64,000 nt of DNA from Methanothrix sp. (lineage in GTDB: Archaea > Halobacteriota > Methanosarcinia > Methanotrichales > Methanotrichaceae), in assembly GCA_963682135.1 (NCBI GenBank), contig OY821645.1:608001-672000 (forward strand), given 5' to 3'. Each line of letters opens with the position of its first letter. Position 1 is the first letter of the stretch. The position numbers were made by a program, and so were the translations under genes. Of this stretch, positions 39,123 through 49,324 are shown one piece after another. The notes beneath the pieces are model-generated. The model made no database searches. It was given only the letters and a program-made list of their open reading frames with translations, and was not told the DNA's origin.

Positions 39123-40573
39123 GAATAGATCAATAGGGAAAGAGCCATGATCATAGACAAGGCTTCAATCCGTTCTTCTTTCTTGAGATAGACTTCCGCT
39201 ACCCGAAAGCTTTTGTCCTTTAAGAATCGGAAGCCTTTCTCGACAGCGTTCTGGCCTTTGTAGTATTTTAGCATCAATTCGCCATCAAGTGCTTTATCGT
39301 TGCTTGCCAGGATGAACCTGCCCAGTCTCGCTCTCTCGTTCGCGATGCTTTCCTCATTTAGCACGACTTCGGCTTCAATACGATAGCCTTTTTCAAGTTC
39401 CTCATCTTTCTTCGGACGCCCTTTTTTAGAGCCTTTGCGTTTGCTGAATGCATTAGTTTTCAAATTTTCAAGGATGAAATGAGGATTCTCCAATAGCCAT
39501 CGATCAGCCGCCTTTCTAGCATCGGCTTCGCACGCGAAGAGCACTCTTCCCAGTTTTTTGAACGATTTTCTTGTTTCAGTGAACTCTTTTTCAATCCTCT
39601 TATCAAAGGTCTTTGCCTTGCTGGTATGCATTTCCCTGGAATCGACCACAACCCACTTTTGATCTATTCCGCCATAGTTTATATATGTCTCAAATATGCT
39701 GTAACGATCATCTGAGCATGTCTTCATCTCAAGATCGCGTTTTAGAAAATCCTTGACTTCGCCAACAGTTGAAGGGACATGAGTAATCCATAAGGTCTCG
39801 TCACCTAGGAGGCGGATATTCTCTGAACTGAAAAAAGCGCTATCTGCGGCAAAGTAACCTTTTTCAGAAAAGTCTAGGTTGGACTTGAACGCTTGAATTG
39901 TCTCGATGATAGTTTTCTTATCTGATTTATTTCCGGAATGAGCCTGGACAAAAAGAGGGATGCCACATTGGTTGGTTACCATGCTGATAACGAATTGTTT
40001 TAGATCCCATCGACCGTCCTTGGGATGACCGAGAGTTATTTCCATAGCAGGCAGACAATCCGGTCCTTCGTAATCCCCATGGACGCTGAAACTTGTAGTA
40101 TCGACATGATAGATCTGAGTGCCAATCGATAGTTTCCGAACGCACTTCAAGGCTATCTGATTGAAAAGCATGGTCGAGCCGTATCGATTGATTCTATCAA
40201 GAGTCCTGCCAACAGCATCTTCATTAAAATCTGTTGAAACAACTCCAGGATGAAAAAGGCGTTCAAGCGCAAGATTCTCGAAATAGCTTGGAAATATGTA
40301 CAGCCTTCGCTCAACGAAACCCAAACCGTTGATTATCAAGGCCTTTATTATTTCAGAATGGCTCAGCTTGCATTCGCGAGTCTTCGGAATCAATCCATCA
40401 ATCAATTCAGAAATGCCCAAAGCATCGAAGATTGCTGCAACTAATCCAAGATGGTCAAGCGACAAAGTTGATAATTTCATTTTGGCCCCTTCGAATCCCT
40501 TTGGGGCTAAGAAATCATGGCAGCATAAAAATGTTTCACAAAATTAAGGATACCTGCGGGATGTGGGATCAAT

Positions 40574-40828
40574 CTATTCTTGGCTGATTATCCCAAAGCC
40601 ATCGAGTACCACGAGCAGGCGCTGGCCATTGATCGTGAGATCGGGGACAGAAGGGTCGAGGCCTTAGCATCCTGGAACCTGGGCATGGAATATGAGATAG
40701 CAGGCAATCTCAAGCGGGCTGGCGAAATGATGCAGATACGCGTGGATTACGAAAGAGAGATCGGCCATCCGGATGCTGAGAATGATGCTGCTCACCTGGA
40801 AGCCCTCCTGGACAAATTGAAGAGCTGA
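40574..40828 (+). pseudogene. 3' fragment of the IS-interrupted TPR gene
   Basis: ADYPKAIEYHEQALAIDREIGDRRVE; same repeat family as 41851..44436. Confidence 0.8.
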
Positions 40829-40982
40829 TCCTGAGGCACATACGATTTCCTGCCCTCGGCCAGGAAATTGCAGGATGCGTTTCGAGCAGGCAATCGCTGC
40901 CGGCGGGAGCCCGGCCCGCTTGCAGCCGCACGCCCATGCGGACGTGTTCACGAGCGGGGGTGGAGAACGAGATGCGACGGAT
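40822..40982 (-). pseudogene. Relic of the type IIG post-TRD constant segment
   Basis: IRRISFSTPAREHVRMG and NFLAEGRKSYVPQDQL versus IRRISFTTPAPERARLG and NFIAEQERSDVVHDLL in the RM protein. Confidence 0.75.
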
Positions 40983-40988
40983 TTAGCG

Positions 40989-41340
40989 CTACTTGCAAGC
41001 CATTTCAAGGAGGCGATTCCTGACAGGTTCCAGATCGTGAAGCAGATAATAGACCTCTATTCCAAATCTTCTGGCACTAATTGCCTGAAATTTATCATTG
41101 GAAATTATGATTGCTTTGTCTGCAATTGCGCAGGCTATGTAGAATGCATCTGATGCCCTTGATCCAGTCTCGAGAGCAATGGAAAATGCGTCATCATAGA
41201 TTTTGGCGGTCTCAATAAATCAGGTTCAATTATTGTCAGGTCATTTTCTTCAATTATCGAAAGCACTTCTTCAGCGCATCGAGTCCTTTCGGAATCATAT
41301 TCGAAGAGAAGATCGATAAAGACCAAAAGCATCTATTACT
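40989..41340 (-). pseudogene. PIN-domain toxin pseudogene (deleted and frameshifted)
   Basis: VFIDLLFEY..TIIEPDL, then in another frame RASDAFYIACA..IISNDKFQ..stop at 40989. Confidence 0.75.
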
Positions 41341-41341
41341 A

Positions 41342-41539
41342 TCATCTTCGCTCCTCAACGAACTCCTGCATAACGTCCTTGTCCACTTTGATCCTGAACT
41401 TTCTGGCAGCTTCTGTGATTTTTCCCGCCTTGAGGACAACGAATGCCTTAGTTCCCTCTTGCAGCTTTATTTCCTGCAGGGGCTTAAAGACGCCATTTTC
41501 ATAAACCACTCTTACCTTATCAGCTACAGAATCGGACAT
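41342..41539 (-). CDS. Antitoxin, AF2212/DUF104-like
   Basis: VVYENGVFKPL..LQEG motif; ends FVEERR next to the PIN gene. Confidence 0.88.
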   Translation of the reverse strand: MSDSVADKVRVVYENGVFKPLQEIKLQEGTKAFVVLKAGKITEAARKFRIKVDKDVMQEFVEERR

Positions 41540-41620
41540 ATGAAACCTCCAGATAATGGCAGTCAGAATAGAAAAGGCCCGTCTAGGATAAATATTGTTT
41601 GAAGCAGTCCGGTTCCATCT

Positions 41621-41727
41621 GCCTTCAGTTCCACCATTTTAATCGCTTCCTCAGCCAGCTCGCCAGGACCGCACGCCTCGGCATCGATCATCTGCTCCGT
41701 CTGCTCGGTCTTCTCCTGCCCAGCGCA
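41621..41727 (-). pseudogene. Relic of the extreme 3' end of a type IIG RM gene
   Basis: gcatcgatcatctgctccgtctgct versus gcatcgatcagctcatccgtctgct at ~19790; QTEQMIDA..LAEEAIKMVELKA versus QTDELIDA..LTEEEKRIVEGKA. Confidence 0.7.
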
Positions 41728-41850
41728 TCTTTTTCTCAAATGATTGCCGCCGCATTGTCATCGTCTAAGCAATCGCATCATCCGGGCAAGATTATTTAAG
41801 GTCTTGGGGATATCCGCTTCTCATAATACTGCAAGGAGCAAAGAGCAAGA

Positions 41851-44436
41851 ATGGGCTATTATGTCTTCATCAGCTATTCTCATAAGGATTCCCAGTATAT
41901 TTTAAAGCTTGCCGACTACCTGCGTAATTTCAGAATCTCAATATGGATAGATAATCGGAATCTCGATGGTGGGCAGATATGGAATGAAGAGATAAAAAAG
42001 GCTTTGCAGGAATGCAATTACTTCCTGATAGCTCTTTCCACGTATTCAGCGAAATCAGAAGAGGTCAAAAAAGAGCTTGATGCAGCTCTCTCATCCGGGA
42101 GAGCCATAGTCCCAATAATGATTGAGGACTGCAATATCCCTGAAGAGATCAGGTCCCTGCATTGCATCGATTTTAAAGAGAGAGACCTAAATGATTCTGT
42201 GGCAATCAATTCGCTGCTGAGAGCATTGAACCTTGTCACCAATCCAGGCGATCGGCCTTTCCAGATAGACCGTCCTCCTCGAGATTTTACAGGTCGCACA
42301 ATAGAGATCGAAGAAATGCTCTCCCAGTTCGAGAGGGGAATTACCATCTCTGGATTTCATGGCATGGGCGGCGTAGGAAAGACCGCGCTGGCTTATGTTT
42401 TGGCCGAGAAGTTGAGAGATAACTATCCTGACGGCCAGATACTGGTAAAGATGGAGGGTACAAGCCAAAATCCATTAAATCCGATCGCAGCGATGGAGAA
42501 AATAATTCATGCCTATGAGCCAATGGCCAGCCTGCCCGGAAACGATGAAGAAATTACAGCTAGATTTGAAAGGCTAATGAGAGAAAAGCGCGCTCTGATC
42601 CTGCTGGACAATGCTAAAAATAGCGAGCAAGTAAAGCCTCTGCTCGATAAGTTGCCAGGTACCTGCGCAGTGATAATAACATCTCGCCATATCTTTGCTT
42701 TGCCAGGAATGAAGAGAAAGGATTTGAATGTTCTGAAGCCGGAAGAAGCCACAGAACTCTTGCTGAGGATTTGTGGATATGATCTTGCCGACCCCAATTT
42801 TGCAGAGAAAGAAGAGATATGCAGGGAGATCGCCAGCCTCTGCGGCCATCTCCCCCTGGCCCTGCGCCTGGCAGGCACATTTCTGGTCAACACCAGAGAT
42901 CTGAGCCCTGAGGATTACGCCGGGAGCCTTAAGGATGAGAGAAGCAGGCTGGAGCATATCGATAAAGGCAGCAAGAGTAGCAGAGAGATCAGCGTGCAGG
43001 CAAGCCTGCTTCTGTCTTACTCCCGCCTGCCTGCTGAAGCTGCCAGGGTCTTCCGCCTCCTCTCCGTCTTTCCCCTTGACTTCGATTCCGGGGCGGAGGA
43101 GGCTGTTTGCCAGGATAAGGATCACGAGCAGCTCAGCGAGCTATTGCGCTGGAACTTGGTCGACTACCAGGAGGAGAACAAACGCTACCGGTTACATGAC
43201 CTGGTGAGGATCTTTGCTTCCGCCAAGCTCTTGGAGGTAGATGGCGAGGATGCGAGAGACGAGGCCAGACAGAGACATGCTGAGCGCTACAGAGATGTGC
43301 TCTCTTCTGCTACTGAGATCTATAAAAATGGAAATGCTCTGGCGGGATTGAATATATTCGACCTGGAAAGGATGAATATCGAGTCTGCCTGGGCCTGGGC
43401 AAAAGAGAATCTAGCCAAAAGCAATGCTGCAGCCACCATATGCAGCTCTTTTCTCAACTGGCCATATTTGCTTGATCTGCGCCATCATCCGAGAGAGCGC
43501 ATTTTGTGGATGGAGACGGCTCTCTCTGCAGCTCGGCGGCTGAATGATCGAAGCATGGAAGGAGTGCATCTGGGCAACCTGGGCATCGCATACAAAAACC
43601 TGGGCGACGCCCGCAAGGCCATCGAATACTACGAGCAGCATCTCGTCATCGCCCGCGAGATTGGGGACCGAAGGGGCGAGGGTAATGCGCTGGGCAACCT
43701 GGGCTTGGCCTACGCCGCTCTGGGCGACTCCCGCCAGGCCATCGAGTACTACGAGCAGCATCTCGTCATCGCCCGCGAGATTGGGGACCGAAGGGGCGAG
43801 GGTAATGCGCTGGGCAACCTGGGCCTGGCCTACGCCGCTCTGGGCGACGCTCGCCATGCCATCGAGTACTACGAGCAGGCGCTGGCCATTTTACGCGAGA
43901 TCGGGGACAGAAGGGGCGAGGGTGCTGATCTGGGCAACCTGGGCAGCGCATACTACGCGCTGGACGACGCCCGCCAGGCCATCGAGTACTACGAGCAGGC
44001 TCTGGCCATTTTACGCGAGATCGGAGACCGAAGGGGTGAGGGTGCTGGTCTGGGCAACCTGGGCTTGGCCTATGCCGCTTTGGGCGACGCCCGCAAGGCC
44101 ATCGAGTATTACGAGCAGGCTCTGGCCATCGCCCGCGAGATCGGGGACAGAAGGGGCGAGGGTGCTGATCTGGGCTGCCTGGGCAGCGCTTTTTACAGAT
44201 TAGATGATATCGATAAATCCCAGGATTACTACCAGCAGCAACTCAAGATTGCACAGGAGATAGGCGATCGCAATGGCGAAGCCAATGCCCTCTGGGGTCA
44301 GGCCATCTGCCTGAAAAAGAAAAACGATCCCGTACAAGCCATTGCAAAAACGGAAAGCGCATTGAGGATCTTCGAGCAGATCGAGTCGCCCAGTGCATCA
44401 ACCATGCGTGAATTGCTGGCCGAGTGGAAGAAGTAG
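41851..44436 (+). CDS. TIR - NB-ARC (STAND NTPase) - TPR protein, NLR-like
   Basis: VFISYSHKD TIR domain; FTGR, GMGGVGKT, LILLDN, IITSR, GHLPLAL, YRLHDLVR; 40-aa TPR repeats. Confidence 0.93.
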   Translation: MGYYVFISYSHKDSQYILKLADYLRNFRISIWIDNRNLDGGQIWNEEIKKALQECNYFLIALSTYSAKSEEVKKELDAALSSGRAIVPIMIEDCNIPEEIRSLHCIDFKERDLNDSVAINSLLRALNLVTNPGDRPFQIDRPPRDFTGRTIEIEEMLSQFERGITISGFHGMGGVGKTALAYVLAEKLRDNYPDGQILVKMEGTSQNPLNPIAAMEKIIHAYEPMASLPGNDEEITARFERLMREKRALILLDNAKNSEQVKPLLDKLPGTCAVIITSRHIFALPGMKRKDLNVLKPEEATELLLRICGYDLADPNFAEKEEICREIASLCGHLPLALRLAGTFLVNTRDLSPEDYAGSLKDERSRLEHIDKGSKSSREISVQASLLLSYSRLPAEAARVFRLLSVFPLDFDSGAEEAVCQDKDHEQLSELLRWNLVDYQEENKRYRLHDLVRIFASAKLLEVDGEDARDEARQRHAERYRDVLSSATEIYKNGNALAGLNIFDLERMNIESAWAWAKENLAKSNAAATICSSFLNWPYLLDLRHHPRERILWMETALSAARRLNDRSMEGVHLGNLGIAYKNLGDARKAIEYYEQHLVIAREIGDRRGEGNALGNLGLAYAALGDSRQAIEYYEQHLVIAREIGDRRGEGNALGNLGLAYAALGDARHAIEYYEQALAILREIGDRRGEGADLGNLGSAYYALDDARQAIEYYEQALAILREIGDRRGEGAGLGNLGLAYAALGDARKAIEYYEQALAIAREIGDRRGEGADLGCLGSAFYRLDDIDKSQDYYQQQLKIAQEIGDRNGEANALWGQAICLKKKNDPVQAIAKTESALRIFEQIESPSASTMRELLAEWKK
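43561..44190 (+). repeat. Tandem 120-bp intragenic repeats (five full units plus a partial one) encoding TPRs
   Basis: Alternate 60-nt lines align almost exactly (atcgagtactacgagcag..gggcgag). Confidence 0.95.
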
Positions 44437-44526
44437 CCCCTTCTGAACGGCAGCCGACACCCTCCGGCAGATGCCCTCGCGCCTTTGACAAAGCCCGCTT
44501 AAAAAGAATAGGAAAAAATAGAAACC

Positions 44527-46563
44527 CTACGCCCTGCTCTCTAGAGCCTCCTGCAGTCCCGGAACCGCTCCCGCTCCCGCAGGCACAGTCAGATTGGCTC
44601 CCACAAAGTCCTGGCCGATGGGCTGGAAGCTGCCGCCCAGGTGAGCAGCCAGGAACGCCTCGGCAATGGCGTAGAAAGAGAGCCGGTTCTCGGGCCTGGC
44701 AAACCCGTGACCCTCGTCGCCGTAGAGCACATAGGTCACAGGAAGCCCTTTGGCCTGCATGGCTTTGACGATCTGGTCTGACTCATTCTGCTTGACGCGC
44801 GGATCATTGGCACCCTGGCCGATGAGCAGGGGCCTCTCTATTCTCTCCACGTAACTGAGCGGCGAGCGCTCTCTCAGCAGCTTCTTGCCCTCCTCAGTGC
44901 GAAAATCGCCTACCCTCTTGGTATAGTGCTCGATCTCCGGCTTCCAGTAGGGTGGAATGGTCTCCAGGAGCGTTATCAGGTTGGAGGGGCCTACGATATC
45001 AACCGCACAGGCAAAGGTCTCCGGGGTGAAGGTCAATCCGGCCAGAGCAGCATAACCGCCGTAGCTTCCTCCCATGATGGCAATCTTCTTTGGATCAGCG
45101 ATCTTCTTCTCCACCGACCAGTTTACCGCATCTATCAGGTCATCCTGCATCTTCCTGCCCCACTCCAGGTTTCCGGCATTGATGAAGCTCTTGCCCAGGC
45201 CGGTGGAACCGCGGAAGTTAACGCTCAAAACGGCGTAACCCCGGTTGGCCAGCCACTGATGGGTGGATTCAAAGCCCCAGTAATCGCGGCCCCATGGTCC
45301 TCCGTGCACATACAAAACCATTGGGAGCGGCTCATCCGGCAGCCCATCGCCATTCTTATCGCTGTTACACGGCAGGGTGTAGTAGCAGACCATATCCAGG
45401 CCGTCGCGCGATTTTATGACGGCGGGAATCATCCTGGACAGGAGCAGTCCCTGCAGCTTTTCTCTGTCTGTGAAGAGGAAAGAAGCCTTCTTCAGAGTAC
45501 GGTCATAGCGGTAGTAGCGCGCCGGACCATTGTCCTTGGTGAAGACGACAATCCAAACCTTATCGTCCAGGGTACGGCTTACTACCGACATGTCCCCATC
45601 TTCCATCTTGCTAAGAAAGTCGATATCCAGCTGGATGGACGGGTCCATGATCTTCCATGCGACCCGATCATAGTAAAATGCCACCGCCTGCACAGTCTTC
45701 TCTGTAGGGTGAGTCATAGCACCGTAAAGGTCAGATTTAGGGTCTTCTGCCAAAAGAGAACTCTTATTCGTATTCATATCAAAGGCATAAAGAGCGGCCG
45801 TATTTCTGCCTCTGCTATCGATAAGGTAGCTCACTTCATTGCTCTTGTTAAATCCGGAAAAGCCGGTGGTGAGGGCATCCTCCATCTCGATCTTCTGGAA
45901 GGGCACCCAGCTGCCGTTTTCGGCTGGCTTGAAGATCTGGGTTCCTCCGTCCGGCGTCATGTTGCTGGCCATCCTCACCTGGAAATCGTTATCGATCTCA
46001 AAGTTAGAGAACTCTTTATTCTCGAGGATTAGTGTCATGTTTCCGGTCTCGAAATTGAGCCTGTAGAGATCGTGATACTCAGGGTCACGCTTATTCATGG
46101 CAATAATAGCTTCATGAGGGTGATTGAGGCTAATAGCCCTGATCTCGGCCCGGACACCTTCAAAAGGCGTGAGGTCCAGGATCTTGCCGCTGCTGAGATT
46201 GACGCTGTAAATGCGCCAGTTCTCGTCTCCATTGGCATCCTGCTGGTAGAGGATATGCTGACCGGTGTAAGACCAGAGGTAGCTTCTAATGCCGCGATAT
46301 GTGTCATTGGTCACCGGCTTTGCCGTCTCCGGTGCATCAGCTCGCCCCACCCAAATATTGAGCACTCCGTCTCTCGGGGCGAGAAAGCTGATATTTGAAC
46401 CGTCGGGGCTGATTCTGGTGGTGATTTTGTCCGGATTGCCAAAGAGCAGATCCCGAGAAATAAGTGAACTAATATTTCTATTCAGCTCTCCAGCCTTCGT
46501 ATCAGCGCCAGCCAAGGACGCCAGCAGGATCGTAAAAATGATAATAATAAGAAAATTTTTCAT
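44527..46563 (-). CDS. Secreted S9 family peptidase
   Basis: VHGGPW, GGSYGG, NDPRV, DEGHG; signal peptide. Confidence 0.93.
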   Translation of the reverse strand: MKNFLIIIIFTILLASLAGADTKAGELNRNISSLISRDLLFGNPDKITTRISPDGSNISFLAPRDGVLNIWVGRADAPETAKPVTNDTYRGIRSYLWSYTGQHILYQQDANGDENWRIYSVNLSSGKILDLTPFEGVRAEIRAISLNHPHEAIIAMNKRDPEYHDLYRLNFETGNMTLILENKEFSNFEIDNDFQVRMASNMTPDGGTQIFKPAENGSWVPFQKIEMEDALTTGFSGFNKSNEVSYLIDSRGRNTAALYAFDMNTNKSSLLAEDPKSDLYGAMTHPTEKTVQAVAFYYDRVAWKIMDPSIQLDIDFLSKMEDGDMSVVSRTLDDKVWIVVFTKDNGPARYYRYDRTLKKASFLFTDREKLQGLLLSRMIPAVIKSRDGLDMVCYYTLPCNSDKNGDGLPDEPLPMVLYVHGGPWGRDYWGFESTHQWLANRGYAVLSVNFRGSTGLGKSFINAGNLEWGRKMQDDLIDAVNWSVEKKIADPKKIAIMGGSYGGYAALAGLTFTPETFACAVDIVGPSNLITLLETIPPYWKPEIEHYTKRVGDFRTEEGKKLLRERSPLSYVERIERPLLIGQGANDPRVKQNESDQIVKAMQAKGLPVTYVLYGDEGHGFARPENRLSFYAIAEAFLAAHLGGSFQPIGQDFVGANLTVPAGAGAVPGLQEALESRA

Positions 46564-46621
46564 CGTCCAATCTCCTAGTTGCAGCAACTAACCTCAACCT
46601 CTTCCAGATATAAATAAATAG

Positions 46622-47098
46622 TCACATAGTCTCGGTAGCTATGAGAAATCCAATGGCTCTTTCCGCCAGAGGGTATCTATGCACCAGTGCCTTGAACCTC
46701 TTGCCGTGATTGGGTTCAAGAAGATGGGCAAGCTCGTGCACAATCACATAATCCTCAACCCACTGGGGTAGATTGGCCAGCTTGCTGCTGATTAGAATCG
46801 TCCGGGCGGTACAATTGCATGACCCGCGCCTTCGCTCCTGGTTTGAAGAGTAGCGAATGCTGTTCCAGCGCAAAGAACCCTGGAAGTATTTGCTGTTTAG
46901 AAGGCAGGCTCTTTCATGCAGATGATTGTCATCCTTGGGATAGACCCGCTTCTCCAGTCGAGAACGCAGTTTCTCTATGTGACCATGCAAAACAGCGTCC
47001 GAGATAGAGGCCGGTGCCAAGACCTCCATCTTTCCTCCCACCATCCTGGCCTGGATGGTCTTTTTGCGTCGCGCTGATCTCTTTATCAGAACCTCCAA
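46622..47098 (-). CDS. M48/YgjP-like (DUF45) metallopeptidase
   Basis: DYVIVHELAHLLEPNH; TTG start after GGGAGG. Confidence 0.85.
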   Translation of the reverse strand: MEVLIKRSARRKKTIQARMVGGKMEVLAPASISDAVLHGHIEKLRSRLEKRVYPKDDNHLHERACLLNSKYFQGSLRWNSIRYSSNQERRRGSCNCTARTILISSKLANLPQWVEDYVIVHELAHLLEPNHGKRFKALVHRYPLAERAIGFLIATETM

Positions 47099-47210
47099 AG
47101 CGTTAGCCTCCCTGGTGCAACAATGGTTCTCTGGCTGGCTATTAATAACTTTCTTATTTGATGGTAGTATATAAAAAATAACGAAGTAAGTCTCAAAAAG
47201 ATTCTCCACC

Positions 47211-47711
47211 TCAAGAGCAGGGCAGCCAGTCCACGCAAATCTCTCCAGGAGGACTGCCTGACCAAAGCTGTATAAACTTCTCAATGGAGAATACCCCTGT
47301 CAGATCCTCTACGCTGCGACCCAATAGCTGATGGCGGCCCATGCGAGAGCTTGCCGGATCGATTGATTGCCAGGCGATGTGGGCTTTGCCTATCACATTG
47401 GAATTTATGCTGGCCTCAAGACCGCCTGCGCCGTTAACGGCTGAGCTTAAATCCCGGCTGTCGCCCGGCTCCCCGGCATCGGAAGGATCGGACTGCATCC
47501 CATAAGCTACAGTATTTACCTGCGTATTTCTCTGCAGATGCTCTATGTCAGTGTACGCCTCGGTCAATGATGCTCCTGTATCATAATTCTTGATGGTGAG
47601 GATATCCTTCTGGACGGCGTTGTTCATAGCTTCTGCAAAACTCACGGGCATTCCTTGCACCCCGGAAATCAGAAACGCTGCTGCCAAGATCAGACAGAGC
47701 TGCTTGAGCAT
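47211..47711 (-). CDS. Secreted hypothetical protein, paralog of 4162..4635
   Basis: Same motifs, ends DWLPCS. Confidence 0.8.
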   Translation of the reverse strand: MLKQLCLILAAAFLISGVQGMPVSFAEAMNNAVQKDILTIKNYDTGASLTEAYTDIEHLQRNTQVNTVAYGMQSDPSDAGEPGDSRDLSSAVNGAGGLEASINSNVIGKAHIAWQSIDPASSRMGRHQLLGRSVEDLTGVFSIEKFIQLWSGSPPGEICVDWLPCS

Positions 47712-47820
47712 TTCCCAACACCTCTGATCGATATTTGTCGAACATTTATTTCAAGCTATTGCTCAATTTAATGAAATCGACGAAAGATGCCCGCTAAAAA
47801 AAGAAATGGACTTTACAGGC

Positions 47821-48495
47821 TCACTGCATATCTTGCGTGCTCATGCTTGGAGCTGTCGGTTGTTCCTGCTCCATGTCTTGCAGGGTTAGCTCTCGGTTCT
47901 GCCGGGCAGCCTCATGAGAAGAGTCAAGGGTGAGAGCTTTGCTAAAGCAGGTCAAAGCATCCTGATATCTTCCCATTTGCCGTAGAACGACGCCTTTGTT
48001 ATTCCAGCCGGATGGGTCACGGGACCTGACTTGAGTGGCTTTTTCGAAGCAATCCAGAGAGCCGGAAAGGTCGCCTTCATTGGCCAGAGCCATGCCCTTT
48101 CCAATCAAAGCGTCATAATAAGATGGATTTGCCTGCAGAACCTGGTCAAAAATGACAATGGCCTCGCTGTATTTATTCAATCCCTGAGAAAGCGCAATTG
48201 CCAGCAGGTTCATAGATGCGAGATCGGAGGCATTGATTTCAAGCGATTTATCAAAACAAGAGATCGCGTCATCAATTCTGCCCAAGTTGGCCAGAGCTTT
48301 TCCTTTATTATTCAACAGGTCAGTGCTGTTCGGCTCCAGTTCCAGGGCCTTATCATAGCTTGCAGCCGCCTTTTCAAAGTCACCGGAAATGAAGTACTCA
48401 TTGGCCTGGTCAGACCAGAACTTTGCCGATTCTCCCATGGCCGGCAGGACTAATATCGACGCCAGCACAGCGATAATAGTAATTGCGAGTTTCAT
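47821..48495 (-). CDS. Secreted TPR protein
   Basis: Signal peptide and TPR units. Confidence 0.88.
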   Translation of the reverse strand: MKLAITIIAVLASILVLPAMGESAKFWSDQANEYFISGDFEKAAASYDKALELEPNSTDLLNNKGKALANLGRIDDAISCFDKSLEINASDLASMNLLAIALSQGLNKYSEAIVIFDQVLQANPSYYDALIGKGMALANEGDLSGSLDCFEKATQVRSRDPSGWNNKGVVLRQMGRYQDALTCFSKALTLDSSHEAARQNRELTLQDMEQEQPTAPSMSTQDMQ

Positions 48496-48548
48496 GGAAG
48501 GCTCTTCTTAAACGAAGGTGTAAATATCTCTACCCCTTGACTTAACTA

Positions 48549-49100
48549 CTATCCGCCATTCCTTTTTATTTCATCCATAAACTTGTTCCATTTTTTCGCC
48601 TGGTCAACCTTTCGCCTGATCAGGTCCTCTGCGCCGTATTCTGTCAGTGTGCCATGTTCTCTCTTCTTTAGGATATCCTTGAGATCCAAAAGGGCTCTAA
48701 TTATGCTGGCAGCTTCATCGTGAAGCTCTACTGCCTGTTTTAGGTTCAGCTTTGCCGCCTTGAGATCTTCCTCGTCTTTCTTCTCCTTCTTATCCAATAT
48801 CTCGATCAACTCGTTAATCTGCAGCCGCTCTTCATCTGTTATCTCCTTCTCGTTGATCAATCTCCAGATGAGGCGATGCAGATCAACTCGACCCTGTCCG
48901 GCATGAATTTCGGGCGGCAGATCCTTTTCCGTCTGATGATACTTTTCCATCTCGCTTCGGAGATCATTGCCGTCTATCTGCATCTGCTCCGGTTCTGTAG
49001 CTCCTACCCATACCAAGAAATGATGAAGACTGGCCAGCAGTTTTGTTCGTTCCGCCTCTGTCAGATAATCAGTAATGTCCTTTTTTTCAATTTCAGACAT
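48549..49100 (-). CDS. Conserved euryarchaeal coiled-coil protein (DUF5788-like)
   Basis: ERTKLLASLH..WVGA..P pattern, helical C-terminus. Confidence 0.65.
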   Translation of the reverse strand: MSEIEKKDITDYLTEAERTKLLASLHHFLVWVGATEPEQMQIDGNDLRSEMEKYHQTEKDLPPEIHAGQGRVDLHRLIWRLINEKEITDEERLQINELIEILDKKEKKDEEDLKAAKLNLKQAVELHDEAASIIRALLDLKDILKKREHGTLTEYGAEDLIRRKVDQAKKWNKFMDEIKRNGG

Positions 49101-49287
49101 GAATCCTCTTCGAATCGTTTTGCATTTATCTTCGGCCCTGAGATCATGCCGGCTCGCCAGAAGCGTTTTGGCGATGCTGCGCGGCGGGATGCAACGCCAA
49201 TCGAACGCGGTCAATTGGTTGTCTATCTACCTGACCATTATGCGCAATACTTGAGGTCATCTCCGAGGCCTTTTTTTGCATTGGGCG

Positions 49288-49303
49288 GCAAAAGTTTTAT
49301 AGC
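49288..49303 (+). promoter_or_regulatory. BRE/TATA promoter of leuA (probably a leaderless transcript)
   Basis: GCAAAAG-TTTTATAG about 23-30 nt before ATG 49325. Confidence 0.6.
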
Positions 49304-49324
49304 TATGGATGCTATCCTTGATCT

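Larger units (their letters stand above)
37740..40480 (-). pseudogene. IS1634 transposase interrupted by IS5 (segments 39123..40480 and 37740..37977)
   Basis: LDHLGLVA, HVDTTSFSV, GHPKDGR.DLKQ, ADSAF, YKGQ..VEKGFRFLK; removing IS5 and one TSD copy restores LLIYSIAEWMIRQKL in frame. Confidence 0.92.
37718..40567 (-). mobile_element. IS1634-family element containing a nested IS5
   Basis: TIRs CCCACATCCCGCA / TGCGGGATGTGGG; 6-bp TSD ATCAAT at 37712-37717 and 40568-40573. Confidence 0.92.

Noticed and set aside
43561-44190. Regular repeats as a CRISPR array or DGR template/variable pair
   Set aside because: Contiguous in-frame coding repeats with no spacers; no cas or reverse transcriptase gene in the window
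44926-46032. 368-aa antisense ORF (likewise 49440..50474, 8228..8863, 10800..11402, 53154..53744)
   Set aside because: Lie opposite well-supported genes and read as codon-bias shadows
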